Source: Anaerolineae bacterium
GTDB lineage: Bacteria; Chloroflexota; Anaerolineae; Aggregatilineales; J027
Reading direction: 5' to 3'
Assembly (NCBI GenBank): GCA_012031655.1
Contig: JAAUUD010000003.1
Span: forward strand, 1-35,976
Length of the DNA: 35,976 nt
In this document: piece after piece, positions 1-10,361 of the stretch
How the letters are laid out: every line of letters starts with the position of its first letter
Position numbering within the stretch: position 1 is the first letter of the stretch
Notes under the pieces: model-generated
The model's input: the letters and a program-made list of their open reading frames with translations, nothing else
The model's database searches: none
Told to the model about the DNA's origin: nothing
Made by a program: the position numbers and the translations under genes

Positions 1-90
1 GGCCACGGCATATCCCCCAATCGGCTGAACCGGGTGCCGGGCAACGCGTTATAATCAAAAACAAAGCGGAGCAGAAAAACCAAATTCCCC

Positions 91-1086
91 ATGAACTATC
101 CCTGCGATATTTCCCTGGTCTTGCCAGTCTACAACGAGGCAGAAAGCCTGCACGACCTGCATAGCGAGCTAGAGGGCGTGCTGCGCGGCATGAACCTGCG
201 CTACGAGATTATCTATGTGGATGATGGCAGCCGCGATGGGAGCAGCGCGGTGCTGCGCGAACTCGCAGAACAGCATTCCAGGGTGAAGGTGGTTTATCTG
301 CGGCGTAACTTTGGCCAAACAGCCGCGATTCAGGCCGGCATTGACCAGGCCAACGGCGCCATTATCACCCTGATGGACTCCGATTTGCAGAATGACCCGC
401 ACGAGTTGCCGCGCATGTTCGCCCGCATGGCAGAAGGCTTTGACCTGGTCAGTGGCTGGCGCAAAAACCGTCAGGATCGTATGATCCGCAAAATCCCTTC
501 CCGGGTGGCCAATCGCCTGATTTCGGTGGTGACAGGCGTTCATCTGCACGACTATGGCTGCACGCTCAAGATGTATCGCCATGAAGTGCTGGACCATGTG
601 CGGCTCTACGGCGAGATGCACCGCTTTATCCCGGTGTTGGCCTCGGCAGCCGGGGCCAGGATCGATGAAATGGTGGTCAACCATCGCGCGCGGCGCTATG
701 GCAAAAGCAAGTATAGCCTGTGGCGCACCGTGAAAGTGGTGCTGGACCTGATGACCGTTACCTTCCTCACGCGCTACAACACGCGCCCCATGTACATCTT
801 TGGGGGTAGTGGTTTTCTCTTTGGGTTTCTGGGGGTGCTGGCGTTGTTTGCAGCGCCGCTGTATAGCCTGGTGGCGGGCGTCCCCTTCTTTGAGCATCCA
901 CTGGCGTTTATCGTGGCGGGCCTGGTGCTGCTGGTTGGCAGCGTGCAGAACGTCTTGCTGGGCCTGATCATCGAGATGCTGATGCGCACCTACTACGAAT
1001 CGCAGCGCAAAGGGCCCTACACCGTGCGCGAGGTGCTGGGGCAGGTGCCCAGCCTTCAGCCAGAGGGGCGCCCCGAGGCAGTTTAG
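91..1086 (+). CDS. Family 2 glycosyltransferase, polyprenyl-phosphate glycosyltransferase (ArnC/GtrB-like) with C-terminal TM helices
   Basis: Motifs PVYNE, VDDGSRD, RNFGQTAA, MDSDLQNDP, YGEMHRFIP and two C-terminal hydrophobic segments; TATAAT at about 50-55. Confidence 0.9.
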   Translation: MNYPCDISLVLPVYNEAESLHDLHSELEGVLRGMNLRYEIIYVDDGSRDGSSAVLRELAEQHSRVKVVYLRRNFGQTAAIQAGIDQANGAIITLMDSDLQNDPHELPRMFARMAEGFDLVSGWRKNRQDRMIRKIPSRVANRLISVVTGVHLHDYGCTLKMYRHEVLDHVRLYGEMHRFIPVLASAAGARIDEMVVNHRARRYGKSKYSLWRTVKVVLDLMTVTFLTRYNTRPMYIFGGSGFLFGFLGVLALFAAPLYSLVAGVPFFEHPLAFIVAGLVLLVGSVQNVLLGLIIEMLMRTYYESQRKGPYTVREVLGQVPSLQPEGRPEAV

Positions 1087-1167
1087 GGCTTCTGGCTATC
1101 CAGCCTGCGTAATTGACGTTATACTAGCCGCGCACAACGACCGCAACGGAGTTACGTGGGCTTCAAC

Positions 1168-2169
1168 ATGGAATTTGTACCCATCCTGGCAGTGGGCTTC
1201 ATGACCGCCTATGGCTTTACGCCAGTGACCCGCCGCCTGGCGCTGCGCCTGGATATGGTGGATCGCCCCAGCAAACGCAAAATCCATCAGGAACCAATCC
1301 CGTTGCTGGGGGGGGTGGCCATCTTTGGCGGTTTTCTGCTGGCCATGACGCTCTTTACCCCGGCAGCCCACTGGCGCGAATTCGGCGCCGTGCTGGCAGG
1401 CTGCTTGTGGCTGGCACTGGTGGGCTACCTGGACGACCGCAACGGCATGAACCCTTACCTCAAGCTGCTGGCGCAGGTGGTGGCCGGATTGGTGCTGGTT
1501 GCCGCCGGGATTCAGGTGCGCTTATTTGGTTTCGAGCCATTGAACATTGCCCTCACGCTGTTCTGGATCGTCGGCATCACCAACGCGCTCAACCTGATGG
1601 ACAACATGGACGGGCTGGCAGCGGGCATTGCAGCCATCGCGGCCTTCACGTTCTTCCTGCTGGCAGCCAGCCAGGAACTCCTGCTGGTGGGTCGGTTGGC
1701 GGCGGCGCTGTGCGGGGCGACCCTCGGGTTTCTGCGCTACAACTTCAACCCCGCTTCAACCTTCATGGGGGATACCGGCAGCCTGGTGATCGGGTTTGTG
1801 CTGGCGGTGCTGGGCATCAAGCTCGATTTTCAGAGTCAATCGCAAGTGGTGACGTGGGCGATCCCCTTGCTGGTGCTGGGCATCCCGATTTTTGACACCA
1901 CACTGGTGACCTTTACCCGCTTGCGGGAAGGGCGTTCGCCTTTCCAGGGCGGCAAAGATCATACCTCGCACCGGATCGCCAGCCTGGGGCTCAGCCACCG
2001 TCGCACGGTGGTCCTGCTGTATGGTGCGGCCAGCCTGTTAGGGGCGGCAGCTTTGCTGATCAGCCAGTCCGGTTCGCAGATGGCCAGCCTGGTGATTGCT
2101 GCGGTGGGGCTGGGCGGTTTGGTGGCGTTCATCTTGCTGGAAGTTCAGTATACGCGGCAGCCTTCATGA
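1168..2169 (+). CDS. MraY/WecA-family undecaprenyl-phosphate GlcNAc-1-phosphate transferase
   Basis: Motifs RKIH..PIPLLGG, GYLDD, NALNLMDNMDGL, NFNPASTFMGDTGS, DHTSHR; polytopic; start is GTG 1156 or ATG 1168. Confidence 0.9.
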   Translation: MEFVPILAVGFMTAYGFTPVTRRLALRLDMVDRPSKRKIHQEPIPLLGGVAIFGGFLLAMTLFTPAAHWREFGAVLAGCLWLALVGYLDDRNGMNPYLKLLAQVVAGLVLVAAGIQVRLFGFEPLNIALTLFWIVGITNALNLMDNMDGLAAGIAAIAAFTFFLLAASQELLLVGRLAAALCGATLGFLRYNFNPASTFMGDTGSLVIGFVLAVLGIKLDFQSQSQVVTWAIPLLVLGIPIFDTTLVTFTRLREGRSPFQGGKDHTSHRIASLGLSHRRTVVLLYGAASLLGAAALLISQSGSQMASLVIAAVGLGGLVAFILLEVQYTRQPS

Positions 2170-3112
2170 GCAAATATTGTGTAACCGGGGGGGCAGGCTT
2201 CATTGGGTCGCATCTGGTGGAGCGGCTCTTGCAAGAAGGTCATGAGGTCGTGGTGGTGGATGACTTCAGCACGGGGCATCGGGCGAACCTGACCGCACTA
2301 CAAGGTCACATTCAGTTGATCGAAGCGGATATTCGGGACCTGGACGCCCTGCACAAAGCCTTACAGGGGGTCGAGTTCGTCTTTCATCAGGCGGCCTTGC
2401 CCTCGGTGCCGCGCTCGATTGATGACCCGCTCACCAGCCATGCGGTTAATGCAACAGGGACGCTCAACGTGCTGGTCGCGGCCCGAGATGCGGGCGTGCA
2501 GCGGGTGGTGTTTGCTGCGTCCTCTTCTGCTTATGGCGATATTGAAGAGGAATTTAAGGCAGAGGAGATGCGCCCGCGCGTCAAGTCTCCCTATGCCGCG
2601 GCCAAGGTGGCGGCAGAAAACTATTGCCTGGTCTTTAACCAGGTCTATGATCTGGAATGCGTCGCAATCCGCTACTTTAATGTGTTTGGCCCGCGCCAGG
2701 ACCCGCTCTCGCCCTATGCCGCGGTGATCCCACTCTTCATCACCGCCATGCTGGACGATATGCCACCGACATCTACGGAGATGGCACACAATCGCGCGAC
2801 TTCACCTTTGTTGATAATGTGGTGGAGGGCAACCTGCGAGCGATGCAAGCGCCACAAGCCCCCGGCGAGATCTTCAACATCGCCTGTGGCGAGCGCATCA
2901 CCCTATTGGAACTGGTGGCACACCTCAACCGCTTGCTGGGCAAGCAGTTGGAACCCCGTTTTGCTGATCCGCGCTCTGGCGATGTGCTACACTCCCGCGC
3001 AGCCATTGACAAAGCGCGGCGCCTGTTAGACTATGAGCCCCGGGTTCCCTTTGACGAGGGCCTGGCGCGTACGCTGGCATGGTATCGGGACGCAGGAGCC
3101 TGGCAGAAATAG
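2166..3112 (+). CDS. NAD-dependent UDP-sugar 4-epimerase (extended SDR), split by a probable sequencing frameshift near 2770
   Basis: TGGAGFIGS, YAAAK, RYFNVFGPRQ; IYGDGTQSRDFTFVDN continues in the frame of ORF 2819-3112; ATGA overlap with the upstream gene. Confidence 0.88.
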
Positions 3113-3982
3113 GTGACGATCCAACCGCCGAACATCACGACAATCGCCTCTGCCCTGGAGTGGGCAGCGCATGCGCTGGCCGATACCTCGGAGAGTGCCG
3201 CGCGGGATGCGCGCATCCTGCTGTGCGCGGTGCTGGAGGTCACGCCAGAGTACCTCATCCTCTACCTGGAACGCGCCCTGACCATCGAACAAACCGCAGC
3301 CTTTAGCAAGCTGGTGCAGCAACGCGCCCAGGGCGTGCCTGTTGCTTACCTGCTGGGGCGCAAGGGGTTTTACGATATCGAGGTCTACGTGACGCCGGGT
3401 GTGCTCATCCCGCGCCCCGAGACCGAGCTGCTGGTGGAAAAAGCCATTGCCTGGGCAACCGAGCGGCATGTGCTGATCATCGATGTAGGCACCGGGAGCG
3501 GCGCTATCGCGCTGAGCCTGGCCAAACACCTGCCCCAGGCCCACGTCACCGGCATTGATATTTCGGAAGTGGCGTTGGAGGTCGCGCGCCGCAGTGCAGA
3601 AAAGCTCAACCTGGCGCAGCGGGTCCGCTGGTTGCAGGGCAACCTGGTGCAACCCCTGCTGGATGCGGGCGAAACCGCCGATTTGATCATCGCCAACCTG
3701 CCCTACATCCCCAGCAACGAGCTAGAACACCTGGAAGTTGCCCGCCACGAACCACGCGAAGCCCTGGACGGTGGCCTTGATGGCCTGGACCCAATTCGGC
3801 AGTTGCTTCGGCAGGCGCCCGGGGTGATGCGCCAGACCAGCCTCATCTACCTGGAGATTGGCGCGGGTCAGTCCCAAACGATTCGGGATATGGTTGCCCA
3901 GCACTTCCCCGCGTTGGCTATTGAAGCGGTTGAGCAGGACCTGGCCGGGCATGACCGGGTCGTGACGCTGAAGTTGGCCTAG
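3113..3982 (+). CDS. prmC: Release factor glutamine methyltransferase
   Basis: GVPVAYLLG, VLIPRPETE, DVGTGSG, ANLPY (NPPY variant), EPREALDGG. Confidence 0.92.
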   Translation: MTIQPPNITTIASALEWAAHALADTSESAARDARILLCAVLEVTPEYLILYLERALTIEQTAAFSKLVQQRAQGVPVAYLLGRKGFYDIEVYVTPGVLIPRPETELLVEKAIAWATERHVLIIDVGTGSGAIALSLAKHLPQAHVTGIDISEVALEVARRSAEKLNLAQRVRWLQGNLVQPLLDAGETADLIIANLPYIPSNELEHLEVARHEPREALDGGLDGLDPIRQLLRQAPGVMRQTSLIYLEIGAGQSQTIRDMVAQHFPALAIEAVEQDLAGHDRVVTLKLA

Positions 3983-4554
3983 CGCTGAGCAGGTGGGTGG
4001 TGCAGCCACCAGAACACCTCTGGTGGATAAGCTGGCGCCAGGTCTGCATCCCACTGAAATTCACTGATGTTGGTGTTTAGATAGCTGCGTAGTTGCTGGT
4101 CTCGCTGGTTGAGTTCAGTCTCTTCTTCCTGATCCCACAGCTTCAGGTCACGCGCATCGGCACGCACATGCTCCAGAACGCTGCGGTGGCGTAGCTCCAA
4201 CCCCAGGTAATCGGCCCCGCGTCGTGGGTTCTGGCGGAGCTCTTCCACAAAATTACGCAGATCGCGCAGGCGGGCGTGCTTTTCGCGCGTCAATTTTTCT
4301 TCGTAGTGCACGCGCCAGGCGTTGCAGATGCGTTCGTATTCCTGACGAGCAGCCTGCACCTGGCTCTGCTGTGCCGTGCTCAGCAACCCAGGCAGCGCTT
4401 CCAGTCGGTGCAGTGTAAAGCGCAGCGATCCCAGCGTCATGCGCGGCAGGTTGGGCGCCGTGGCGCCGTAGAGGTCGCTGCCGCGCAGGTAGCCATCCAG
4501 GCTGGCGAGCATGGCATCCAGAAGTTTCAGGTCGCCAGCGGGATCGTAGCTCAT
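3979..4554 (-). CDS. Hypothetical helical protein
   Basis: Clean ORF with GC3-rich codons; ATG 4554 overlaps the upstream stop (ATGA). Confidence 0.65.
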   Translation of the reverse strand: MSYDPAGDLKLLDAMLASLDGYLRGSDLYGATAPNLPRMTLGSLRFTLHRLEALPGLLSTAQQSQVQAARQEYERICNAWRVHYEEKLTREKHARLRDLRNFVEELRQNPRRGADYLGLELRHRSVLEHVRADARDLKLWDQEEETELNQRDQQLRSYLNTNISEFQWDADLAPAYPPEVFWWLHHPPAQR

Positions 4555-4952
4555 CGCTTGTAGCGCTTCAGGTTCTGGAAGCTGGGGTTGCCCTGCACCT
4601 CGCTCAGGCGTTTCTGGGCATCTTTGGCATACCATTCGGTGATGAAACGACCATCTGCGTCCGTGTAGGAGACGGTTGGCGGAAAGCCCAGGATTTCGGC
4701 CACGCCGCGCACAAAGGGCACGGACTCCTCTTGCATACGCAGGATGAACACCCGCGTGGGTTCGTATTCCAGCTCGACAGCCTTACCATCCCATTCCCCA
4801 ACCAGCCGAAAAGGCGGCTCCGCATGCACGCAGGTAAAGTACACATCGTTGATGCGGTTCTGCCAGAAGGTGTGGTTAACCCGCTCGCTGATCAGGTAGG
4901 GGCGCCCTTTTTCCGGTTCACGGTAAAACCAGGTTGTTGCATTGGTTGCCAT
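4551..4952 (-). CDS. Hypothetical protein
   Basis: 133-aa ORF with GAGGA upstream, coupled to the downstream ORF. Confidence 0.7.
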   Translation of the reverse strand: MATNATTWFYREPEKGRPYLISERVNHTFWQNRINDVYFTCVHAEPPFRLVGEWDGKAVELEYEPTRVFILRMQEESVPFVRGVAEILGFPPTVSYTDADGRFITEWYAKDAQKRLSEVQGNPSFQNLKRYKR

Positions 4953-5039
4953 TGCACCAGGTATCCTCTAGTTCGGGTACTGATCGCCTAACGTTCTTGT
5001 GTGTAATGATACCAGAGGCACCGGGGGTTGGCGAGCGAC

Positions 5040-6164
5040 TCAGAGCGCTTCGGCACGGGCCAGGCGCAGCACATTCAGGATGCCCTGTGCCATATGCTGG
5101 GCGGTGTAGTGCTGTGTTGCCAACCAGTGACGGCGCATCCGGTTGCGCTCTGAGTGCATCCGGGGGCGGGCCAGCAATTGGGTGAGCAAGCCATCGACGC
5201 TGCCAAAGGGGGCGGTGTGGCCAATTTCGGGCAAAATTCCAACCTGGCTTCCGTAGACATCGGTGCCGCAAGCCAGGGCTTGCAGCGCCTCCAGCCCAAA
5301 CATCTCGTGTTGAGAGGTCAACAGGAAAAAGCTGGCCTCTTGGTAGAAGGCAGGCAGTTTTTCGTATGGCACATGGCCATGAAAGACCACGCGATCCGCA
5401 ATATTGAGGCGCTCTGCCAGGACTTCCAGCGGTTCGCGCAGCACGCCCTCACCCACCAGGTCCAGCTGTGCCCCTGGGATGCGCGCGATGAGCTTCAGCA
5501 GGATGTCCTGGCGCTTGACCGGCACCAGCGGCCCCACATGGATAAACTCACGCGGGCGCTGGTCCACTTCGGGCAGGTGGAAGTGCGTTACATCCACCCC
5601 AAAAGGCACCACATACACCCGGTTATGGCTGTTGAGCTTGGCCAACCGGAGGTGATAGTGGGTCAGATCAGCAGCGTAGCGACTGGGGGCAATGAGCAAA
5701 GTGGCATTGCTGAGCACCTCGGTGACCAAAGTGGCTGCTTCGGGGTCCAGTTGCCAGCCAAAGCGGATCTCCTGAAGGCCCACCAGATCGGCTTCGGCCA
5801 GGCTGACCCACGGCTGGGCACCCCCCAGCGCTTCCCCGATCCTGGGTCGCCAGATAGCCGCTGAGGTGGGCGCTATCGGCATAAAGGCATCAAAGGGCAG
5901 GGTGTGGTGATGGCGCTTGACCTCGGCAAAAACGCTCTGGGCTAACTCCGGCAAGGCCTCGGCTGGGAGGGGATCGCCGGATAGGCCCAACGGGAAGACA
6001 TAGGCGCCGTATAGTTCGTACGCCGCCGATTCCGGCGGGTAGTGCAGGGGGAATACTCGCACGGAATGCTGCTGTTCCCAGGCGCGCAACAAATCCTGAT
6101 ACACCGGGATCGTCCAGTCGTCCTCGTGGCGTCCGACCTGGGTCAAGAACAGACCAATCTTCAT
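5040..6164 (-). CDS. GT4-family (GT-B) glycosyltransferase
   Basis: VPFGVD, HVGPLVPVKRQD, EMFGLEALQALACG; probable compensating frameshift pair at about 5845-5885. Confidence 0.85.
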   Translation of the reverse strand: MKIGLFLTQVGRHEDDWTIPVYQDLLRAWEQQHSVRVFPLHYPPESAAYELYGAYVFPLGLSGDPLPAEALPELAQSVFAEVKRHHHTLPFDAFMPIAPTSAAIWRPRIGEALGGAQPWVSLAEADLVGLQEIRFGWQLDPEAATLVTEVLSNATLLIAPSRYAADLTHYHLRLAKLNSHNRVYVVPFGVDVTHFHLPEVDQRPREFIHVGPLVPVKRQDILLKLIARIPGAQLDLVGEGVLREPLEVLAERLNIADRVVFHGHVPYEKLPAFYQEASFFLLTSQHEMFGLEALQALACGTDVYGSQVGILPEIGHTAPFGSVDGLLTQLLARPRMHSERNRMRRHWLATQHYTAQHMAQGILNVLRLARAEAL

Positions 6165-7410
6165 ACTGGGGCAGGACCTCCAGCCCGCATTGTGTGCTGC
6201 AAGCGTGCCCAGCCTTGCGCAAACCAGCCCAGCAAGCAGCCCTCGCTGAGGAGCAAGGCCCAGGCGGCGCCGGTTGCGCCCCAGTGCCAGGTCAGCGCGG
6301 CGGTGAACAAGGCTTGCAGGGCAAGCTCAGGGCCAGGCGGCGGTTGGCGTCTGCTTCGCCACCGCGTGCATAGAGTAGCGTCATGATGAGTTGACGCAGC
6401 AGAAATGGCAAGCTGGCCAGGCCCAGGATCGGCAAAAGCTGGCCGGCTTGCGTATAAGCTGGCCCCAGCAACCGCTCCACCAACCAGGCGCCCAGCAAAA
6501 TCAGGGCCATCCCACTCAGCAGACCATACCCCAGCACCAGCAAACCCATGCGCCAGGTGAGCCGCCGTAGGGCATCATCGTTCCAGGAAAGGGCGGCCAC
6601 CGCAGGGAACAGCGCCACGAACAGCGCGAGCGGGGGCAAGCGCACGGCCTCCAGAAAACGATAGGCTGCTGCAAACCAACCCGTGACCTCTGCCCCGGCA
6701 ATCGCCTGCACCACCAGCGTAAAGGATCGAAGTTGGAGCATAGCCAGCACCCCGCCCACCGCGAAAGGCAAGGCCACCCGCAACAGCGATTGCCCGGTTG
6801 GCAGGGGCAGGGCGGGTGGCTGTGGGGGGTGCTGCCAGCGCCACCACAGCCAGGCCAGCAGCAGTTGCAGCGCATCCACGGCCACCAACCCGGCCAGCAC
6901 GGTCACCAGGCCACCGCCCCGGCTCAGGATGAGCACGCTCACGCACACCTGCCCGCCCAGCAGGCCCCAGTTCAACAGCGTAATCGGCAGCATCGTTTCC
7001 CAGGCCCGCCATAGCGCTGTATAGACGCCAAACAGGGTATCAATCAGGATCATCAAGGCCGCCAGGCGCAAACCCGTTACGCTGGCAGCATCGCGGAAGA
7101 GCCACCCTGCCACCAGCCACACCACCCCCACCAGGCCACCAGCCACCCACAGCCGCAAACGCACGGCCTGCGCCAGATAGGCCATGGTCTGGCTACGATC
7201 GCGCGCAATCTCCCGCGTGAGGAGCGTAGCCAGACCGGCATCAGCCAGCAGCGTTAGCGGCAGGACCAGCGCCATGATGCTGGCATAGCGGCCAAAGTCG
7301 GCGCTACCCAGGCCCCGCGCCAGGCTGATGACCAGCAGAAAAGCCAGGAGGGCGCTACCGCCGTTCCCCAGCACCAAGATAAGCGTATTTGCCGTCAGAC
7401 GCCTGAACAT
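6161..7410 (-). CDS. Oligosaccharide flippase (Wzx/MOP family), frameshifted near 6325
   Basis: LARGLGSADFG, DAGLATLLTREIAR, GWFAAAYR; the alternative frame WHWGATGAAWA ends at TGA 6161, overlapping the GT4 start. Confidence 0.85.
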
Positions 7411-7485
7411 AACTTTCAATATATCTCATTTGAGACCGCAACGCGGTATGATTGCCCGCCAAAGTGATGAGAGAGGATTCCGAGG

Positions 7486-8049
7486 ATGATTGAACTGTGG
7501 GAGCTGTTCCGCCTGATGTTCAAAGTGGGCCTCTATGCATATGGCGGTGGCCCGGCGATGCTGCCTGTGATGCAGGCCGAAGTGGTGGAGGGGCAAGGCT
7601 GGGTGAGCGATGCGGATTTCCGAACCGCGATGGCGATGAGCTATTCCCTGCCAGGGCCCGTGGCTCCGCAACTGGCTTTGTGGGTGGGGTGGCGCGTGGC
7701 AGGGTGGCCAGGGGCAGTCCTGGCCTCTTTTGCCGTTGTGCTGCCGGGCTTATTGCTGATGTCCGTCTTTATGACCTTTTTCTGGTCCAGTGCGCAAACG
7801 GCCTGGCTCAAAGGTGCGGCCAAAGGCGCGGGCATCGCCGTGATTGGCCTGCTGGCCTATGTAACCTATGACCAGGCTTTTAAGCTTTTTGCGCGCGGCA
7901 CAGGCGGCTGGGTGGCCGGAGTCACCCAGCATCTTGACTGGGTGATCATCGCTGTGCTGAGCTTTGCACTGGTGTTGTGGCGCCCCACCCTGATGATGCC
8001 GCTCACGATTGCGGCGGCGGCCCTGTATGGCGCGTTGTTTATCCGCTAA
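7486..8049 (+). CDS. Short-chain chromate transporter (CHR family)
   Basis: YGGG, EVVE..GW, LPGP, GWRVAG motifs; single 187-aa domain. Confidence 0.85.
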   Translation: MIELWELFRLMFKVGLYAYGGGPAMLPVMQAEVVEGQGWVSDADFRTAMAMSYSLPGPVAPQLALWVGWRVAGWPGAVLASFAVVLPGLLLMSVFMTFFWSSAQTAWLKGAAKGAGIAVIGLLAYVTYDQAFKLFARGTGGWVAGVTQHLDWVIIAVLSFALVLWRPTLMMPLTIAAAALYGALFIR

Positions 8050-8055
8050 GGGGGC

Positions 8056-8871
8056 CTAGTTGCAACGCGCCAACTGCGTAAGGGCTTCGTTCAGGACCTC
8101 GCGAACGGCTGCGTGATCTTCGGCCTCGGGGTTGATGTAGAGGTAGTGGCGCAAAGATCGGCTGGCAGGGCCCCACTGGCGGAGTTGCGCCTGAAGGATA
8201 CCGATATCCCGCTTCAGTTCCAGGTGTTCGGGCAGCAGGCTATGTTGCAGGTGCAACACGCGCAAAAGCTGCTGGGTTTCATCACGATAAAGGTAAATCT
8301 GGCGCAGGTTGTTCAACAGCCGCAGCAGGACCATGCGCGGCGCCTGGGGCAACAACAGGTCTGGCGGCAAGGTGTTTTCCGAGGGCAGGTGATGGCGGGC
8401 CAGCAAGTGGCATTCTGCCGCATCCAGCACAATCCCGCCGTTAAAGGCGTCCAGGTACAAGCTATGGTGAGGGGTATCGTAGCCCACCAAAAAGTGCCCT
8501 GGCAGGCCCACACCATAGCTGGCCAACCCCAGGCGGCGCGTCACGGCCATAAACAGGATTGAAAGCGTGATGGGTATCCCGGTTCGGTGCTGAAGAACCT
8601 CGTTCAGGAAGCTGTTACGCGGGTCGTAGTAGTTCTCTACATTGCCCCGAAAGCCTTCCTCGTCAAAAAGGATGTCTGCGCTGCGGCGGAGCTTCGCGAT
8701 GGCATCATCAGTTGGGCGCAGGCGGCTTTCGATGCGGCGTGCATAGCGTTCGATTTGCCCCAGGAGGGATTCAACCTGGAGGCCGGGGTAGTTAATTTCT
8801 TTGGCAAGCACCAGGCTTGCGTGCTCCAACGGTAGGGCGTCTAGGTGGACCGCCAATTTAGAGATGAGCAT
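8056..8871 (-). CDS. SirB1/YchA-like transglutaminase-core plus TPR protein
   Basis: GFRGN..NYYDPRNSFLNEVL..RTGIPITLS, GLPGHF, RLLNNL, RDIG, YL..NPEAED. Confidence 0.85.
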   Translation of the reverse strand: MLISKLAVHLDALPLEHASLVLAKEINYPGLQVESLLGQIERYARRIESRLRPTDDAIAKLRRSADILFDEEGFRGNVENYYDPRNSFLNEVLQHRTGIPITLSILFMAVTRRLGLASYGVGLPGHFLVGYDTPHHSLYLDAFNGGIVLDAAECHLLARHHLPSENTLPPDLLLPQAPRMVLLRLLNNLRQIYLYRDETQQLLRVLHLQHSLLPEHLELKRDIGILQAQLRQWGPASRSLRHYLYINPEAEDHAAVREVLNEALTQLARCN

Positions 8872-8981
8872 TCCATTGATCCCACTTACTTCTATAGTTC
8901 ACTCTAGCACACCTGGTGCCAAGCCATCGCGCGGGGGCCGTAAACTCTAAATTAGCATTAACCTGAAAGGCACCAGGCAAC

Positions 8982-9005
8982 AAAAAACCAGCCGTTAAGC
9001 TGGTT
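8982..9005 (-). terminator. Intrinsic terminator after tRNA-Arg
   Basis: Minus strand AACCAGC-TTAACG-GCTGGTT followed by a T run. Confidence 0.8.
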
Positions 9006-9013
9006 GTGGAAGG

Positions 9014-9086
9014 CGTACCTGCAGGGATTCGAACCCCGGACCCCTTGTTCCGTAGACAAGTGCTCTATCCACTGAGCTACAGGTAC
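9014..9086 (-). tRNA. tRNA-Arg(ACG), CCA not encoded
   Basis: Reverse complement GTACCTG TAGCTCAGTGGATAGAGC A CTTGT CT-ACG-GA ACAAG ... GGTTCGAATCC CTGCAGGTAC G folds as a cloverleaf. Confidence 0.95.
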
Positions 9087-9101
9087 ATGAGCGTGCTTAA
9101 C

Positions 9102-9129
9102 AGTCTAGCAAACCTTGCGGGCCTGTCAA
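9102..9129 (-). promoter_or_regulatory. Sigma70-type promoter of tRNA-Arg
   Basis: TTGACA-16 nt-TAGACT with extended TGn, 15 nt upstream of the tRNA. Confidence 0.75.
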
Positions 9130-9223
9130 GATGAAATCTCCGCGTACGAGGCAGTCGCTTGCTAAAACCGGGCAGAGTGCGTAAACTCAGCAGGCAGAAA
9201 GCGCATCAAGGGAAGCGGCTCGC

Positions 9224-10361
9224 ATGGAAAAACGAACGGTTTGGAACCTGCCCACTGTCCTTTATCAGTCCCTGGCTAGCTATGAGGAATCCCGCCCGGT
9301 CGCGCTCATTACCGCGTTGGACCGCTGGGCACGGGTGCAGGATCAACTGAACCTGCCGATTGTGGTTCAGGCAGAGCCAGAACGGACTGACTATGCCTTT
9401 TTGCAATATCTGGCGCAGCATGTTCCCTCCACGGTCGAGGTCATCTATGCGGTCGGGGGGGCGCCGCAGGTGATGGCGGGTAAAGTGGTGGCGTATGAAA
9501 AACGACCTCCCCTTGATCATCATCCCAACAGAGCTGGACTCGGACCAGATTTTTGAGCCGCACGTCGAGACCATGACCGAAGGCATTTTAAATGACGTGG
9601 AATTGGGCGCCGCGCAACGGGTTGTGGTTGACCTGGAGGTAATCGCGGCGGCGGACCTGCATCAGCGTGCCGGGATGGTGGCTGATATGCTGGCCATCGT
9701 GACGGGCCTGCTGGACTGGCGCTATGCAGTCAAGATGGAAAAGAATGCGCTGGCCCATCCCTTTATGCCCTGGGCGGCGGGTGTGGCAGCCGGGATTGCT
9801 TCGCAAACCTTGAAGATTGCGCCGCAAATTGGCGAAGGAGACCCGGAAGCTCTGCGTACCCTGCTCGACCTGACGGCGCTGTCTGTGCAACTGGCCAACC
9901 AACTGGGCCACGACCGCCACCAGGAAGGCACCGAACACTACCTGGCCTTTGCGCTGGAAAACCAGGGCGTGCATTATGCCTCGCATGCCGAATGCCTGGC
10001 GCCGGGCATTTTGCTCACTTCGGCCCTGCATGGCCAGGACCCCGCAGCCCTGCGCGAGGCGCTCCTGAAGGCTGGGGTACGCCTGGATGTGTTGCGCCCG
10101 GTGGATTTGCAGCAGGCGCTTAATAACCTGCCAAACTTCGTGGAGACGAATGGCCTGCCGCACGGCATCGCCCATGACATTGACCCCTATAGCGACATGG
10201 TCAAGAACGCGTTGGCCACCGCACAATTGAGCCTGGAAACAGGCGGTTGGGCCGTGGCGCAACCCACAGCCCCGGCTGCGGCTGGCGCCACCAGCAGTGT
10301 GCCCTCCCCAGAGGATACCGAACCCGGCCCACCCCCCGCAGAAGAAAGCAACCCGGCCTGA
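9224..10361 (+). CDS. Glycerol-1-phosphate dehydrogenase-like protein (DHQS/Fe-ADH superfamily), frameshifted at the A-run near 9500
   Basis: VIYAVGG..K..A, LIIIPT, ADML...[18 protein letters not shown]; two ORFs join at GAAAAAC. Confidence 0.7.

Noticed and set aside
3113-3982. DNA methyltransferase or restriction system
   Set aside because: IPRPETE and EP..ALDGG identify PrmC; NLPY is a variant of NPPY.
8880-9014. Island integrated at tRNA-Arg
   Set aside because: No integrase and no duplicated tRNA 3' end seen in the window; a normal terminator follows the tRNA.
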